Assembly (NCBI RefSeq): GCF_036588685.1
Contig: NC_086377.1
Span: 43,586,001-43,650,000, forward strand
Origin: Mytilus trossulus
Lineage: Eukaryota
Length of the DNA: 64,000 nucleotides
Reading direction: 5' to 3'
In this document: positions 38,602 through 53,141 of the stretch, in pieces
Position numbering within the stretch: the stretch's first letter is position 1
How the letters are laid out: each line of letters opens with the position of its first letter
Program-made: the position numbers and the translations under genes
Notes under the pieces: model-generated
Told to the model about the DNA's origin: nothing
Database searches by the model: none
What the model saw: the letters and a program-made list of their open reading frames with translations, nothing else

Positions 38602-41600
38602 ATCAGCATCGACAACGGTACTTGCCAATTCGGTTTGAAAAGTTTCTGTCTAAAAAGAATCGAAACTCTAAAGTTCTCTTTCCATAATTATGCTGCGCAG
38701 TCTCGGTGTCTTTTTTTATTACACCGTGTCCTAAATATGTGAATCATATTTACTTTTCCATACAACAGATATTGTCATTTTGATATAACTTCTCTTTTTA
38801 AATTATCATGTTATATTGAAGAATTAACAAAGGTATTCCGATATCTGAAATGTGGTTTTGGTATATAATAGACAAGTATTATCATAATGGCATTTATTGA
38901 TCTCATTCTGGTGTTTCAAAAATCCTAACAAAAATTTAAATGTATTCTGTCAACGGGTTTTAGATGAATTGGAGGAACGAAATGTTTCATTTGTTTAATG
39001 TACATCGACTGTTGTTGAACACTAACCGTGGGTTATATAAAGTATTGACTGCTTTTTGCAAAATGACCAGTGGTAAAATACAGATAAGGTATTAGCATGA
39101 TCAAGTTATTTTTGAAATTGGGGTTCTTGGTGAAAGAAAACAAAATGCCATTCAACGAAAACACTTCACAAAACATTAAAAATAAATCAACACGAACTCG
39201 TTTGAATAAGAACTGATCATGACAGTACCTTTCAGCAGATAAGATATAATTTTTGTATTGCAAGATATTATTGTTAGTAATAAAACAAATAACAAATATG
39301 AAGCGTCAACAGGATAGGCGGCTCATGTAATGTTTTACTGACCCGTCAAGGAAATATTAATTAAATCGTTAAGTCATTTACACCCCAAGTCGAACAGACT
39401 TTTGACTGAAACAAACATTATGTGCCGGGGTAAGATAAGTTTGCAGGGAAATAACCCTCTCCTGACTTGGACAGTAGTGTAAAAGCAGTTAGGAACTATC
39501 TTTCAAAATCAGTTGATTAGGACATGGCTCATCAAATCGACAGAAACCATAAAAAAACAACTAACAAAAAAAAGGAATTTAAGAGTACTGGCAGTTATTG
39601 GTACATGAAACAAAAATTATTAAAATGCGTGTTATTGACTGGCAATACCTTATCAATATAGATTATAGTAAAAACAAAGATTTTTAAGAGATGTCGTTCG
39701 TTCTGTCTTCCTATCGAGATTAAGAATGTGATTTAGGAGAAACATCAGTTTCTTCTTCACATGTTAAATATTTTATGATCAGGCAAGTATAAATGTTGTG
39801 TATCGCTCATAGAAAAGGGGAACATACTTATGATATACGTGATCCTTGTTGCTTACATGTTGATATACATATGTATGATTTATAAAAAAAACCATTAAAG
39901 ATTATCTGGTTTATATCATTTCTTTCTAAGAACATACCTAGTGAATTACAATGGTTGATGCCAGCATAAGTTGTTCCCTTTGTAAAATAAGGTGAACTTT
40001 CAACAAAATATTTACCATATATTATGTTAGTTGCTGAAGAAGGAATGGTTGTTGCTGTATTTTATCATTATCTTCTGAACGTTTCACAATATAAATCTAT
40101 AACAATGTAAACGATTGTATTTTTTTTATCATTTGTGTCGTGTCGACTTTAAAGAAGCGTAAGAAAGGGAAAAGATTTTGTTTTACTCATGTGAAAATAT
40201 TCAAATGATAAACTTAGCTGAATATAATCATAAAAGAAGCAGCGAAATTAATACAAGGAAGTCAATTTAAATGGTTTAGTTAGATGATCTGATTACTTGA
40301 GTCAAATTTCATAAACGAGAAAAAGACAGCTTGGGAATGGAAATCATAATTACTTATTTTAAATACTATAGTGATATTTAAAACTTCTGTGTAGTATATC
40401 TGAAACAAGCAATATAAACGGACATGAATTATGAAATATTATCAATAGTTATAGAATACCATACGTAACACGCTTCAAGCTCTAGTTACACCAATACGTT
40501 TTCCTAAAACAAATTGTAGATTAAATGTAGTTTGAAATGAAAAATCAATGCAGTACGTTTGATATTGACAAATGACCAAATACAATCTTTCTAGGCACAA
40601 ATGTCAAATTGATACAGCTTGCTTATAACTATTTTCATCACTTAAAAATATGTACATAACAATGAGGAAATTCTGATATATGGAAAAACATTTTTTTTTC
40701 AAGAGCAGATGCATCATAATGCGGAATTATGATCTTTGAAAATTGTTGAGACTAATTTAAAATTATATAAAGTTTAACGTCTTCGTTGATTTCGAATTTG
40801 CTTGATCAATTTAATAAATGACATGGATCAACCACTTGTATATGACATTTTTCTATTCTTATAACAACCATTGGTTTGCTTGAAAATATGATTTTCATCA
40901 TGCCTTTAGACTAATTGTATATTTCCAAATTTCAATAATAGTTTAATAGTCTACCTTTGTCAATGTTTGTATTTATTTTACATACTTCTTTGTGATTGGT
41001 CGGCTTTTTAAAGACGGCGTATAATGCCTAATCTTTATTTATTAATATAACTCCGTAGTTTTGTTAACAATTTTTTGACAATTGTCAGTTTATAAATATT
41101 TCCAAACAAACTGGTTCTAAAGGCAACGTCTAAGTGTGTGCCCACTTGACATGTTGATGAGGACAACATGGATACTAGCGTTGTTTTCAGCTTTTTTTTT
41201 TCTGTATATAGATATAGGAAGATGTGGTGTGAGTGCTAGTGAGACAACTCTCCATCCAAATAACAATTTAAAAAAATGTGCGTATTCTAATTTTGATACA
41301 TTGATGGGTCCTATCTTTTTTTTCTCTATTAGATGAGGTAAACTTGAACATATCGTCGAGCTTATTATTCGAGGTGTCTTATACAATCCCTATTTAAGTG
41401 TTAACCATATGTTATTTCTTGGGGTTAAAAGTATGACGTAATTAGTGCACGAATCATATGTAAGACTGATAACTTACCTTTTAGCTTCTGATGAACATGA
41501 AATGTTTTAAAAGAAGGTTACTTATACGTTATACGTGGATTACCACCAAGTCATAGTATGTCACATCCTGTTTCATACAATAAAAGGTTTAAAAAAAGTT

Positions 41601-43952
41601 CCGTGCGTTTGACAGTTGTAGAATTTTTTTATTATTTGTTATTTGGTGTTTCCATAAACTATTTTGATACATGTTTACCAACGATTATACACAGTTAAAA
41701 AGAACAATGGAAACAAAAGAATGAAAATGAATTGATGAACTTCAAGTGATAGTTGTTTTCTTATATGCATGAGAGAAAGTTTTTTATTAACAAAAACTAG
41801 AACATATGCATCGTCCTCTGTGAGACTGTGATACAGATATTTAATCAAAGTTAACCAATTCGTGATGACGTACGTACAATTTACGCATCGATGATTGTAA
41901 ATGTTGACAGTAACATTAGAAATATGAAAATGATTTCAATTTTGTATCATTGTACTATCTTCATTATGAATTGATAGACTGAATTGATATGTTACATATC
42001 ACAACTCACCAGGGACAATTGTCGCGGGTATTATGACGTCAGTGTCTGCATATTATATAATCTGTGGATTTTGATATTAGTTCGCTAAATCGATGTATGC
42101 CTATTGAACAGATGTATACTACTGTTGAATGCACTTCGGAATATAAAATATGCAACACATCCATTACTGCGGAGCTATTTTGTGCTATGTTGGGGACGTT
42201 CATAAAAGTCGAATTATAAGACCGTAAACAACAAAATGACAAATGACAGCACTAAACGTATTAATTGTTAATCATTTGAAATTATTTTATTGTTTTTGAA
42301 AAGTAATTCCATCCGTCACAAACAATTTTAAGGGACAATAACTACTGAAATATTATAGATATTCATTTAAACTATTTCCGTGACGTTAGACCATGTGTTT
42401 ATCGTGTTTTTTTTTGCATAGCAACACTTTCTTCACTTTGTTCTTAAAATACGAAATATCATCCTCATCCAATATCATCCTTCGCGCAGGAAGGCCATCG
42501 AGCTGAAACTTGTATCTCGGAATGATACTGCATTTGATATGATTTTTGCCATGTGTTATACTCTACATTTCACATATCAGTATGTTTGTGAACTTACAAG
42601 ACAGCTTTAAATTGACATGCATGTCTGAGTTCACCAGTGTCAACCTTCAGCAAAAAACTGCAGCTATCCAGTTTAGTTTTTGTAAGGAAATTTCTTCTAC
42701 TATTTCTCCAATTTTTACTTATTAACGCGTCAATATCGTACTATAAAAAAAAAGTGGTTTGATTTTCAATTCGGCAACTGTGGATATAAGATGAAGTATA
42801 ACCAACAAAAGGTCATCATCAGGGCATCACAGAAGTGCAAAAACAAAGCGTAGAGTCAACTACAAAAGACTTTGACGTGACACAATTCACACAAAAAACG
42901 AATTGCATTATTTGTGATAATTAACAGAAAAAAAATATGATAGACATCACCATAAACATGAACTGAATTTTATGATAGCGACTTTGGACATACACATATG
43001 AAGCTTGGTATATTAGTGAATGTATTACACATCCTTTAATATGGATCAGTAGTGTAAAATTATAACATAGGTAAAATCAATTGGGAAGGATTTGGACAAA
43101 GCAATTGATCTGATCATTCTTATGTACCTTTAAATGCATATCAAAATTAAATAAGGCTTGCTTTTCCTTGCTATTGTTTGACCGGTTCATGATCCATAGT
43201 CTCTTATGCTTTCTGTGTTGTGGTTTATGACGTGTTGTTGTTTCTTGTTGATTTTTTTTTATCAAACAACTGCGAGGAAATTTTGCTTACGACTAATACT
43301 GTTCATTATCGATTTAGTAATAATATCAAGTAAATTATATACAATTGAAAATAAAAATAAAATTTCTAATTATATTAATCAATAACCTTTAGGAATACGT
43401 TTATTTAAACGACCACAGAGTTACTGCTTAACTTATCTATATCTACTACAAAGCAGGACAAGATATATCGTTTGTAATTAAATCTGTCAATACTGATATT
43501 CATGTTTTTCTAAAACATAATTATTAAATGTATTTTAAAAAGAAACACGTTCCTCGTTTGAACTTTTAATAAAAGGACGATAGCTTTTTTTTTTGTCTTT
43601 GTCAAAAATGTATTCGATCTTTTTTGTACAGTAATTTCGTTTCAGCACTAGTCGTTTAGATTAACATTAAGACTGTACCATATAAGTGTATTTCAATAAA
43701 ATACTTTTACGTTAATAAGCAAATACAGCTAAAAAATAAAACCAACACAATGTCATCACAAATAAATCACATGTATCTAAACATCACACATATAACTTGT
43801 AAATGGTTGAAATACACAAATATAACATAGGTAACAAAAATGCGTCTGCATTATGTGAACCTCAATGCTTATCAAATGCACTGATCAAGAACACTAACAG
43901 TACAATTATCATATGTTTACTAGATTACTACACACAAGTTGTCTTTTCCAAC

Positions 43953-46900
43953 TTAGTTAACACGACATGAAAAACAAATGTTCTTGTCTTGCAAACATTT
44001 AGAGTAGAACTTCCAATCATTAGCAAACTCTGTTACCACAAGTTGTGCCCCGTCAATAATCTCACAGTTCTCTGTTCCCGTTGTACGGTAATTGAACCCA
44101 AGACAATCATCACTTCTGTCACATTCTAAAGCACAATTTGTTCTGATCCTTTGGGTTGATACACTTAAAAAGGTTATTGGTGCTCTAGTGTTGGACACAC
44201 CACAGAAATATCCAGTAGGACGTGCTGTCAAAAAAGAGACAATAGTTAATTAAATACAAAATAACTATCAACTAGATACCTCACCTCACCACCTATCGTC
44301 TTCATGCCGTTCGGCATTTAAAGCCCTGATAAATTAGCTATCAACTAGATACATTAAATAAAATTGAAAAAAAAAATTGGGGAAAGTGGCAAAGAGACAA
44401 CAACCCGACCATAGAAAAAACAACAGCAAAAGGTCACCAATAGGTCGTCAATGTAGCGAGAAACTCCCGCACCCGGGACGTCCTTCAGCTGGCCTATTGA
44501 CAAATACATATACTTGTTCAGTGATAATGAACGTCATACTTAACTTCAAATTATACACAAAAAACTAAAATTTAAATTAATTCAAGACTAACAAAGACCA
44601 GAGGCTCCTGAATGTCTTGAAGTTATCTTTTTTATTTTATTTTGTGCGCGCAGTCTCGAACTGTCCGTTGTAACTAAATATATTATAGGAATATAGTAGT
44701 AACAAAATTTTTTTTTTTCTCAAATATTACCAATTAATAAAAGTAATCTTGAGCTTTTAAGGGACGGATAGTAAATGTGATTCAAATGACAAGAATGCAA
44801 CAATCAAATTTACATATCGAACAATCAAATATTTGAGAATTCTATCGATCAGAAATCAAAACGAATAAATTGTCTAACGTAAATGTACCTTATTTATGAA
44901 TTTTGAAAAACACCAAGATCATAAATTCTGGCCAAAGCAAATGACATTTAATTATTCCGATGCTTTATTAAAAGGGCTTTTCACCACTCATTTAGTAAAT
45001 ATAAAGTACAGCTACCTTGAATGTTCATTTTCCATATACCATCAATACTGAATGTTGTTATTATTCCAATTCCACGTATGTCAAAGGGCTGGTTGTCAGT
45101 TGCCAGGACTAAACTGTTTTCTTCATCCATTTCGGAATCTACTCCGATATAAATCTGACCATCATTCCAGAAAACCCAAATGTTGGAAAATCCTCCAGTG
45201 CAATCGAGAAGAGAAGTTTTCACCAAGTTTCCCATTTCGCTTGTAGAACCGTCTGCATTCCCTCGCCATATGTTCAACATTCTATTGATCTGTGCAAAAC
45301 ATATTTCATAGAAAACATTAGACAGTAATGTTTCTGTATCGGACAACAGGATACATGTATCACGACATGACTTTACCCAAAAACTGGTTCGATTGTCTTT
45401 TAAGGTTGGTATCAATCCAAATGATGTCAATTTTGTATAATAATTGTAGATTTGAGCTGTAATGCTACTTCGGATATTACCTTGGCTCAATGTTTTCAGA
45501 TATACATGGTTTATCCTTCCACCATAAACATCTTCAAAATAAAAATAAAGCAAAATTAATATCCACATACACTTGAAAATAATTTCAATAAAAAACAAAC
45601 TTCGCTATCAGCTCAATATCCCGGAGCTAAGTAATGCTAGCAAGGAAATTTGAAAGATTCAGGAACATGTTTGGGCTACACCACTTCTAACACCTTTTTG
45701 ACATCAAATTTAAAAGGTTTTGTTGTCTATGAAGAATATACATGATTGCACAATAGACATTGAATCGAATTCTTTTAATGCAGTCATCGATGTTTGTGTT
45801 ACTCATAAATTAATTTGTATTTTGTTAGGAAATGCGTTTGGTTTTTTGGTCTTATTGGATTATTTGGGCCATAGCACGTAGTTTCAGTTTTTCCTTTAAT
45901 TATTTGGTTTGATTGACAACTTTTTATCTTACAATTTTTTAAATGGTATCTAAACTTGCGATTTGAATAATCTTATTCTTTTTGTTCTGACTTGTAACTG
46001 GAGCTCATATGATTGAACGAACTTAATTGAATGAATTTCTGTTCCAATCTGTTTTCATATGTGTGTCTATTATCGTGCCGTGTTTCTGTAAGTCTAGTTT
46101 TAGTTGATTTGTGGATGTTGCTTTCCATGGGATTCGTCTGTCTGAAATTCAAGCTTCCTATACAGTGTTATATGTACCTCTAACGATTGGTTTCAATAGC
46201 AATGTTGTATTTTTATTGAGGTACTGATTGTCAGTTTTTATTTTAAATTAGTTTCTGAGTTTCTTTGTTGTGTGTTGTTGACAAGGTTTGACTACTCATA
46301 ATGTCGTTACTCACATTAACATAAACTTTAATGAAGAATCTTCTCAATATACTGCTGAAATTTACCCCAAGGAACTTACTTTAAATAAATCAAATGTATT
46401 CAATAATAACTGTCCTTTCCTGGATTTAGATATTTCGATTTTAAACGGGAAACTACACACTAAAATTAACGACAAAAGAGACGATTTTTCGTTCCCTATT
46501 GTTAATTTTTCTATTTGTAGATGGTGATGTTCCTTTGGCACCATCTTACGGTGTTTATATTTCACAACTTGTTCGCTATGCCCGTGTCTGTTGTGACGTT
46601 TTTTATTTTAACGAACGCAACCTATGTATTACTGGTAAATTATTAAACCATGGATATCGTTACCAAAAATTACTTAAAACCTTTACTAAATTTTTCCATA
46701 GATATAAATATTTGGTTTTGAAGTTTAGTTGTACCTGTAGAAAACTTATTTCAAACGGGATAGCACATTATCATTTTTACGGAAATATTGTTAACTGTGC
46801 CCGGAAATTTAGAAATGATCCATGTAAACGTGTTGCTCCTTTAAATAAACTTATTCTTAAAGGTTAAAATTGAGAATGGAAATGGGGAATGTGTCAAAGA

Positions 46901-48119
46901 GTCAACAACCCGATCAAATAAAAAACACAACAGCAGAAGGTCATCAACAGGTCTTCAATGTAGCGAGAAATTCCCGCACCCGGAGGCGGCCTTTCAGCTG
47001 GCCCATAAACAAATATATACAAGTCCAGTGATAATGAACGCCATACTAATTTCCAAATTTTACACAAGAAACTAAAATTAAAATAATACCTATTCAAAAC
47101 TGTAATAAGATCATTGAATATTGTTTTATTGGTATAAATATTGACTTTGTTATCAGTAGATTAAAAGCTACCTATATATAACTAGTATATTATATACATA
47201 TACATTTTCATGGATCTACAATCAGTCGATACCTGTAACTTGGCATTGCACAAGGTCATGTTTTCCTCTGGCTGTTTATGACGTCTTTACACTAAATCCA
47301 TTGTATGTTGGATGTGTACGGATTGATTGCTTAGTTTTAGAGGCATGATTTTTTTATTAGTTGTTAATGGCTTTGAACTAGCTGTCAGATAACTGCGAGT
47401 ACTCTCAGATATGTTCATTGTGTCTTTATGTGTCGGGATGTATAAGTACCCGGCCACGTCCACTTGTATTGTGTGTCTATCTGATGAGTTACGCCTTTTT
47501 CAACTGATTTTTATATTTCGTTCTTATGTAGTACTGTTATACCACTGTCCCAGGTTAGGGGGAGTGATTTGTATCCCGATAACATGTTTAACCCCGCCAC
47601 ATTATTTATGTATGTGCCTCTTCCAAGTCAGGAGCCTGTAATTCAGTGGTTGTCGTTTGTTTATGTGTTACATATTTGTTTTTCGTTCATTTTTTTACAT
47701 AAATAAGGCCGTTAGTTTTCTCGTTTGTATTGTTTTACATTGTCTTATCGGGGCCTTTTACAGCTGACTATATGCGGTATGGGCTTTGCTCATTGTTGAA
47801 GGCCGTGCGGCCACCTATTATTGTTAATGTTTGTGTCATTTTGGTCTTTTGTGGATAGTTGTATCATTGGCAATCATACCACATCTTCTTTTTTATATTT
47901 ACATGAAAAAAAATATTTCACCAAATAAATACACACATATTAAACGATTCAATCATGTTATCGTCTGAATGTGTTTTAAAATTAGTTTGTTTTTGAAGAA
48001 TACAAAGGGCTATTATTACCTTAAAAGTTTCCATAATTCTGTAAAATTAATAACTGTAATGTCTTACCATTTGATATTTCCATCGCGCACAGGCACAGAA
48101 CAAGAAAACCAAACCACAT
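43953..48119 (-). CDS. Secreted protein: farnesoic acid O-methyltransferase-like (FAMeT) domain + C-terminal PAN/apple domain
   Basis: Signal exon 48068-48119 (MWFGFLVLCLCAMEISN, phase 1, GTAAG donor). Exon 45016-45531, alternative acceptor 45456 (FWVKSCRDTCILLS..YEICF..LLDC..IWVFWNDGQIYIG..PFDIRGIGI..GIW). Exon 43953-44224 (CALEC..DCLGFNY..CEI). All phases compatible. Confidence 0.85.
44368..44610 (-). mobile_element. Dispersed 3'-end copy of the Penelope-like family in the last FAMeT intron
   Basis: Collinear with 13190-13420. Confidence 0.7.
46310..47897 (+). mobile_element. Second Penelope-like family, 5'-truncated copy, in FAMeT intron 1
   Basis: EIYPKELTLNKSN..CPFLDLDI..NDKRDDFSFPIVNF / DGDVPLAPSYGVYISQLVRYARVC (1 frameshift). 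3' region ends ATCATACCACATCTTCTTTTTTATA. Confidence 0.85.
46866..47088 (-). mobile_element. Family-1 3'-end fragment nested inside the family-2 Penelope-like ORF
   Basis: AAAATTGAGAATGG… interrupts the ORF right after LILKG; near-identical to 13185-13390. Confidence 0.75.
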
Positions 48120-50404
48120 CTTTGATATATACAACATAAACTTAGCACTGCGAAGAATGAATCCGTTTTACATTAAGGAATCTATGTCAAAAGTAATCGC
48201 AAGATGAATATTAGACGTTATATCTGACTTCAGTAAACAAATAGGCAATATGTTGAAACGGCAAATCATTAACACGTGTTTTTACAGTGGTAATATGCAT
48301 ATCATCTTATACGTTGCATATTTTTTTCACGATACAATTTAATTTCTCATTTTGTCATAGCAACAGCAATACATAAAGGATACATTAATTCATTATTAAC
48401 AGCGACGTATGAACTTTCGGAAAACTTTACTATCATAAAGTCACTTTACAAAAATATAAAAAGTTTCATTGACGTGATTATATTTGTTTTCACTTTTTTA
48501 TTAGTTTACTCTTATCAGTAACTTGTGAGTGAATATTTTATATTGTGCATAAATAGATATGCATTAAAAACACTCAACACGCCCTTTAAAGTGATTGGAT
48601 GGACACCTTTTTTTCTTAAATCAAAGATACACAGTATATGTATATAGATGTATCATAATATAAATAATGAATTGAAATATTATGCTTGACTTTTAGCTAT
48701 CAGCTTTTTTCTCTTAAAAATTGTGATACGTTTTTTACTCACTTTATTAAATTTTTATATCTAATGCTTTCAAGTGGATAAACATATATTTGAACGCTAA
48801 ATTCTCTCTCAAACAGTATTATATTGTTTTTAAATCATTTGAAAGGGATTCAATTATTATATAGGTACTACACCCTAAAACATTGCATATTGTCGGCTTC
48901 AGTATGGACTCGCCCTAGCTACTGACCGCTAGCTCATGTAATGCATTTTCACTTAACTGATACTAGTCACGGGTATAAAAATATTAGATTTTAAGGAAAA
49001 CGTTTGTTATAGATAAAACAAATACATAGCCAAAAGTCCGTTATGTTATGTATTAAATTTTAAATCATTAAATTAGTGCACGTGGGAATGACGTATTTAA
49101 ACATAAAAAGTGCAAAAACCAATATCTTCTCTGAATTATTTTTTACAGTGATAGGCTCAAAATTTATAAATTCTGCAAAAAGAATTATGATTTTCACGCA
49201 GACGCCTTCATATCAAGAACAAAGAATATAAAGGCAGTAGATTAGTATTGGTCATTTCGAATTTTATGAACACAATAATGATGACAAAATGTTTCATTGA
49301 GACTTTCCACTGTGTCTTTATTCCAACAGCAGTCTGAGGTAAAACATTTTTGATATGCGAATTAATTTATCAAAATTTAGTAGTTTACGTATTTTACTTG
49401 TGTTTATATCGTTGGATATTCTAAAGATATATATACTCCTGTGGGTACGTTTGCAAGGTCATACTGATATGTGTGACAAACCGAATTAGATGTGTAACCG
49501 GATCTGTACAAACATGACTAACACGACGTATGCAATATGAAATCACTCCCTGTGTTGGTTGTGTTCGTGTTACTTAGTCATGTATATTCTAAGTTGTGTT
49601 TTCTACTACTGTTTGTCTTTTTTTTGTTTAGCAATTGCGTTGTCAGTTCATTTTCGATTAATAAGTTTGTTTAATGCCCTCTGTTTTGTTTGGAACCGTA
49701 CAACTTAGTCATTAGTACTCTACGTTGTGTTTTGTGTCCTACTGTTTGTCTGTTTGTCTGTTTTGCTCTATTTAGCAATGGCGTTGTCATTTTGGTTTAA
49801 TTGATAAGTGTGAATGTCCCTCTGGAATATTTCACCCCTTTTTCATAGTTCTATTTAGATTTGATTGATTTGCTATCTGTAATTCCCATGCTCCCATTTG
49901 TTGCATTTGTCATATACAGGTTGCATTTCTGTAAATACTGACAATGCAATTTCCCTTATACGACTAAAACTGTACAACTTTTACCATGAAGTTTTGAAAA
50001 AATCTTATCATGGAATTGAAAGTTCACATGCATTACATTTTTTTCCAAAGGTCAAAATATAGGGATGTGTGGCTAATTTTCAACGTCTTTATGCCCTGAA
50101 CTTCTCAAATTTTAGACTAACACTTTTTTTCTTAACTACCCCTCACTCGAATGAAAGGTAACTGCAGATATCAATGTAAACAATATGCACATGTTTATAT
50201 ACTGGTAACATTCCCAAATTATTTCTCTGTGACACGGAACACAGAGAGCATAACTGGGAACCAGTATGTAAACAAAATTAGTTTCTATGAATATTCAAAA
50301 TCTCCCCAAAAGAGGCGTTATCAAAATTTATCAAACCATGACAAAAATATTTAACACACACAATAAATTCTGAAATTACATAAGTTTTCAACTCAATCAT
50401 ATCA

Positions 50405-50540
50405 ATTCAACGTTGTATATCAATCATACTAATCAACATTTCAACGTAGTAAATCAACTATATTTTACAACAGTTCAACAGAGTATATCAATTATACTAT
50501 AAAACAGTTCAACTTAGTATATCAACCATACTATGCAACA
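50405..50540 (+). repeat. ~34-bp degenerate tandem repeat, ~4 copies
   Basis: TTCAACNNAGTATATCAANCATACTA units. Confidence 0.7.
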
Positions 50541-50559
50541 TGCAGACATCCATCAATCC

Positions 50560-53129
50560 ATAGTTTTTTATCTGATTTTCAGATTTACCAGACATAAGAC
50601 CGAAGTCGCTTCTCCAATTCTAAACAAATAGGTAGTATATATAGTTGTTTCAAAATCCACAAACTTGAAACTGAACTCTTGTCAAGGATTTCCCAGTAAT
50701 ATGGCAAAAAAGAGGACCATCATTTCCATGCCTTATTTGAAAATATTGAAACTATGTAGGGGACAAATCATAGTTGATTCATTATTACCAACAACTTAAG
50801 TAATGGATATCTCTGTTTAATCAGTTTTCAAAATTTGTAGTATCAAAAAGCTGATTTACATTGTCAATGTTAAACATGCTCTTGTATACAACATTTGCTG
50901 TAGTGGCAAATTTACTCACACGTACAAAGCAGTAAATGCGAAGTTAAATGCCGTTTGAAACATCATGATTTCATGTATAGAAGAGCACACGTTCCTCAAC
51001 GCCACATAAATCTGTTTATAATATCAATATTTAATGGTGCTCCGAGATTGAGACATGTAAAGTATATTACAACCACCCAAGTGTTTCTGAATGTTCAGAT
51101 TTAGAAAATCAGAGAACCTTGAATTTTGGAATTGTAACTTATCTGTATGATCTAATTGAAGATGAAAAATGAGGATTGTAAAATAGCAACAACACTAATA
51201 AGTTGTCTGTTTCGTGTTGGCCAATAAAGTGGAATAGAATATTTCGTCCTGAACATGTTAAACGAACGCATTGCATTTTCATTAACGTTTTCGTTATTTG
51301 AGAAATTGATTAGTTCAATCATTTTAAAGCTTATACATCAAAATATCTAAGAATATTTTGAGGATTAGTTTGTGGCTGCAAGTCGACATTGCAATCACGT
51401 CATCTGTCCAAGAGGATAAGCATCAGCAACAAAATTGTCTTGAAAAAATATGCAATGCTTTAAACTGAAAATTGAAAACTTAAATCCACAAAACATGTCA
51501 TTTGTTGAAAATTTTGTAATCTAATATTACGTGTTTCTACAGCTTTGTAAACAACACTGTGAGAAAATTCTCGATAACATAGACTTAGCGCTGACTCAGA
51601 GATATACATAAAAATGGCTGTTGTAATATACTTCCCACGTAAATCTACATGTATTGGAACCTGTTTGCAGACCCTTTACCGATTTTTTTTTTTTTTTAAA
51701 AGTGCAATTAATAAAATAAATAACTTTTATTCTTATTCGTATGCATAATAAAAAAAAAGCGATGAACAAAAGCGTAGGTTTTGTTTTATTTTCTATTCTA
51801 TTGCAATATTCGTATATTTACTCATTTCAGCAAGTCAACATAGCGGCTCCTTAGTTACAAAATGTCAACTTTGGATTTGACGGAAGCTTACGAGAAAAAC
51901 ATATTAATTAAAAATGGCAAATGTTAGGTTTGGGAATTTAAAGAAATTAAAAAGTTTTTTCAAGCATTTATTCCCGAAATTACCTACGCAAGCTACAAGA
52001 AACCATCTATGGATGATAATTTTTGTATGACCCCTAATACCCTTAAACGGAATTGTTGGTCAAAACAATACCACTTTTCAAAAAGATGATCAGCTGCTGC
52101 ACCCCTTATTATTGACATATACAAGAAAATTTTACTTGCTTTTCCAGGATACCTTTCGATCAGGACCTGGGCATAGGCAATACATGAATCAGTCCAATCT
52201 TCAACAGAATTAACAGAACGTTTTTTTTAACTTTGTTTTGAATAACTAGCATACCGTCATTAATGCCAATGGTGTTTTCATTATTTGTTTAACTGTTGAA
52301 ATTGTTGAAATGCATAATGGACAAATCAATATACTCAAAATTACAAATTTTATCAATTTCATCCTTAAGCTTTTGGCTAATAAATATGTCAACCTCATTA
52401 AAACCAGGCAACATTAGAGGTTCATCAAAAACTTCATTAACCTCACCTAAGGCAGCTAATTGCGGCTCATTATCTTGAATGTCTACATATGGATACAAGG
52501 CAATTATAGTTCATCAACCCTCCATCTTCTTACTATAAGGACTTCTTCATTAACATCAGCTTGAGGACGCCTCCTTTTATTCCTAACAACTAATTGTGAT
52601 TCATCAACCCTCCGTATAGGGGCTTTTTCGTCAACATCAGATTGAGGACGTCTCCTCTTATCCCTAACAACTTATTGTGATTCATCAACCCTCCGTCTTC
52701 TTACTATAGGGGGTTCTTCGTTAACATCAGCCTGAGGACGCCTCCTATTATTCCTAACAACTAGTTGTGGTTCATCAACCATCCATCTTCTTACTATAGG
52801 GGCTTCTTCGTTAACATCAGCCTGAGGAAGCCTCTTCTTATCCCTTACAACTAGTTGTGGTTTATCAACCCTCCGTCTTCTTACTGTATGGACTTCTTCG
52901 TTAACATCAGCTTAAGGACGCCTCCTCTTATTCCTAACAACTAGTTGTGGTTCATCAACCCTCCGAGTTCTTACTATAGGGGCTTCTTCGTAAACATCAG
53001 CTTGAGGACGCCTCCTCTTATTCTTACAAATAGCTATGGCTGTTGTTCCCTAGGAACCCTCCTAAGACGTAGTTCCCGACCTCCTCCAACCGGTTCCTGC
53101 CGGCGACGCCTACCTCTACCTCTTGGCAT
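50560..53129 (-). mobile_element. Decayed tyrosine-recombinase retrotransposon (DIRS/Ngaro type)
   Basis: Gag-like ORF from ATG 53129 (MPRGRGRRRR..ISQKLKDEI..EYIDLS..SVEDWTD..Y..V..RYPGKA..YMSIIRGAA..W..FDQQFRLR). RNase H tail remnant ~51400-51500 (FKALHI..DNFVADA). YR remnants ~50900-51300 (RAPLNIDII..NVCSS.HE..MFQTAF..RVSKF). Many stops; most of the RT is missing. Confidence 0.75.
52510..53030 (-). repeat. 90-bp coding tandem repeat (~6 units) in the gag-like N-terminus
   Basis: Units start at 52510, 52600 (9-bp deletion), 52681, 52771, 52861 and 52951. Minus strand reads NKRRRPQADVNEEAPIVRRRRVDEPQLVVR. Confidence 0.9.
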
Positions 53130-53141
53130 TGGTATAAACTA

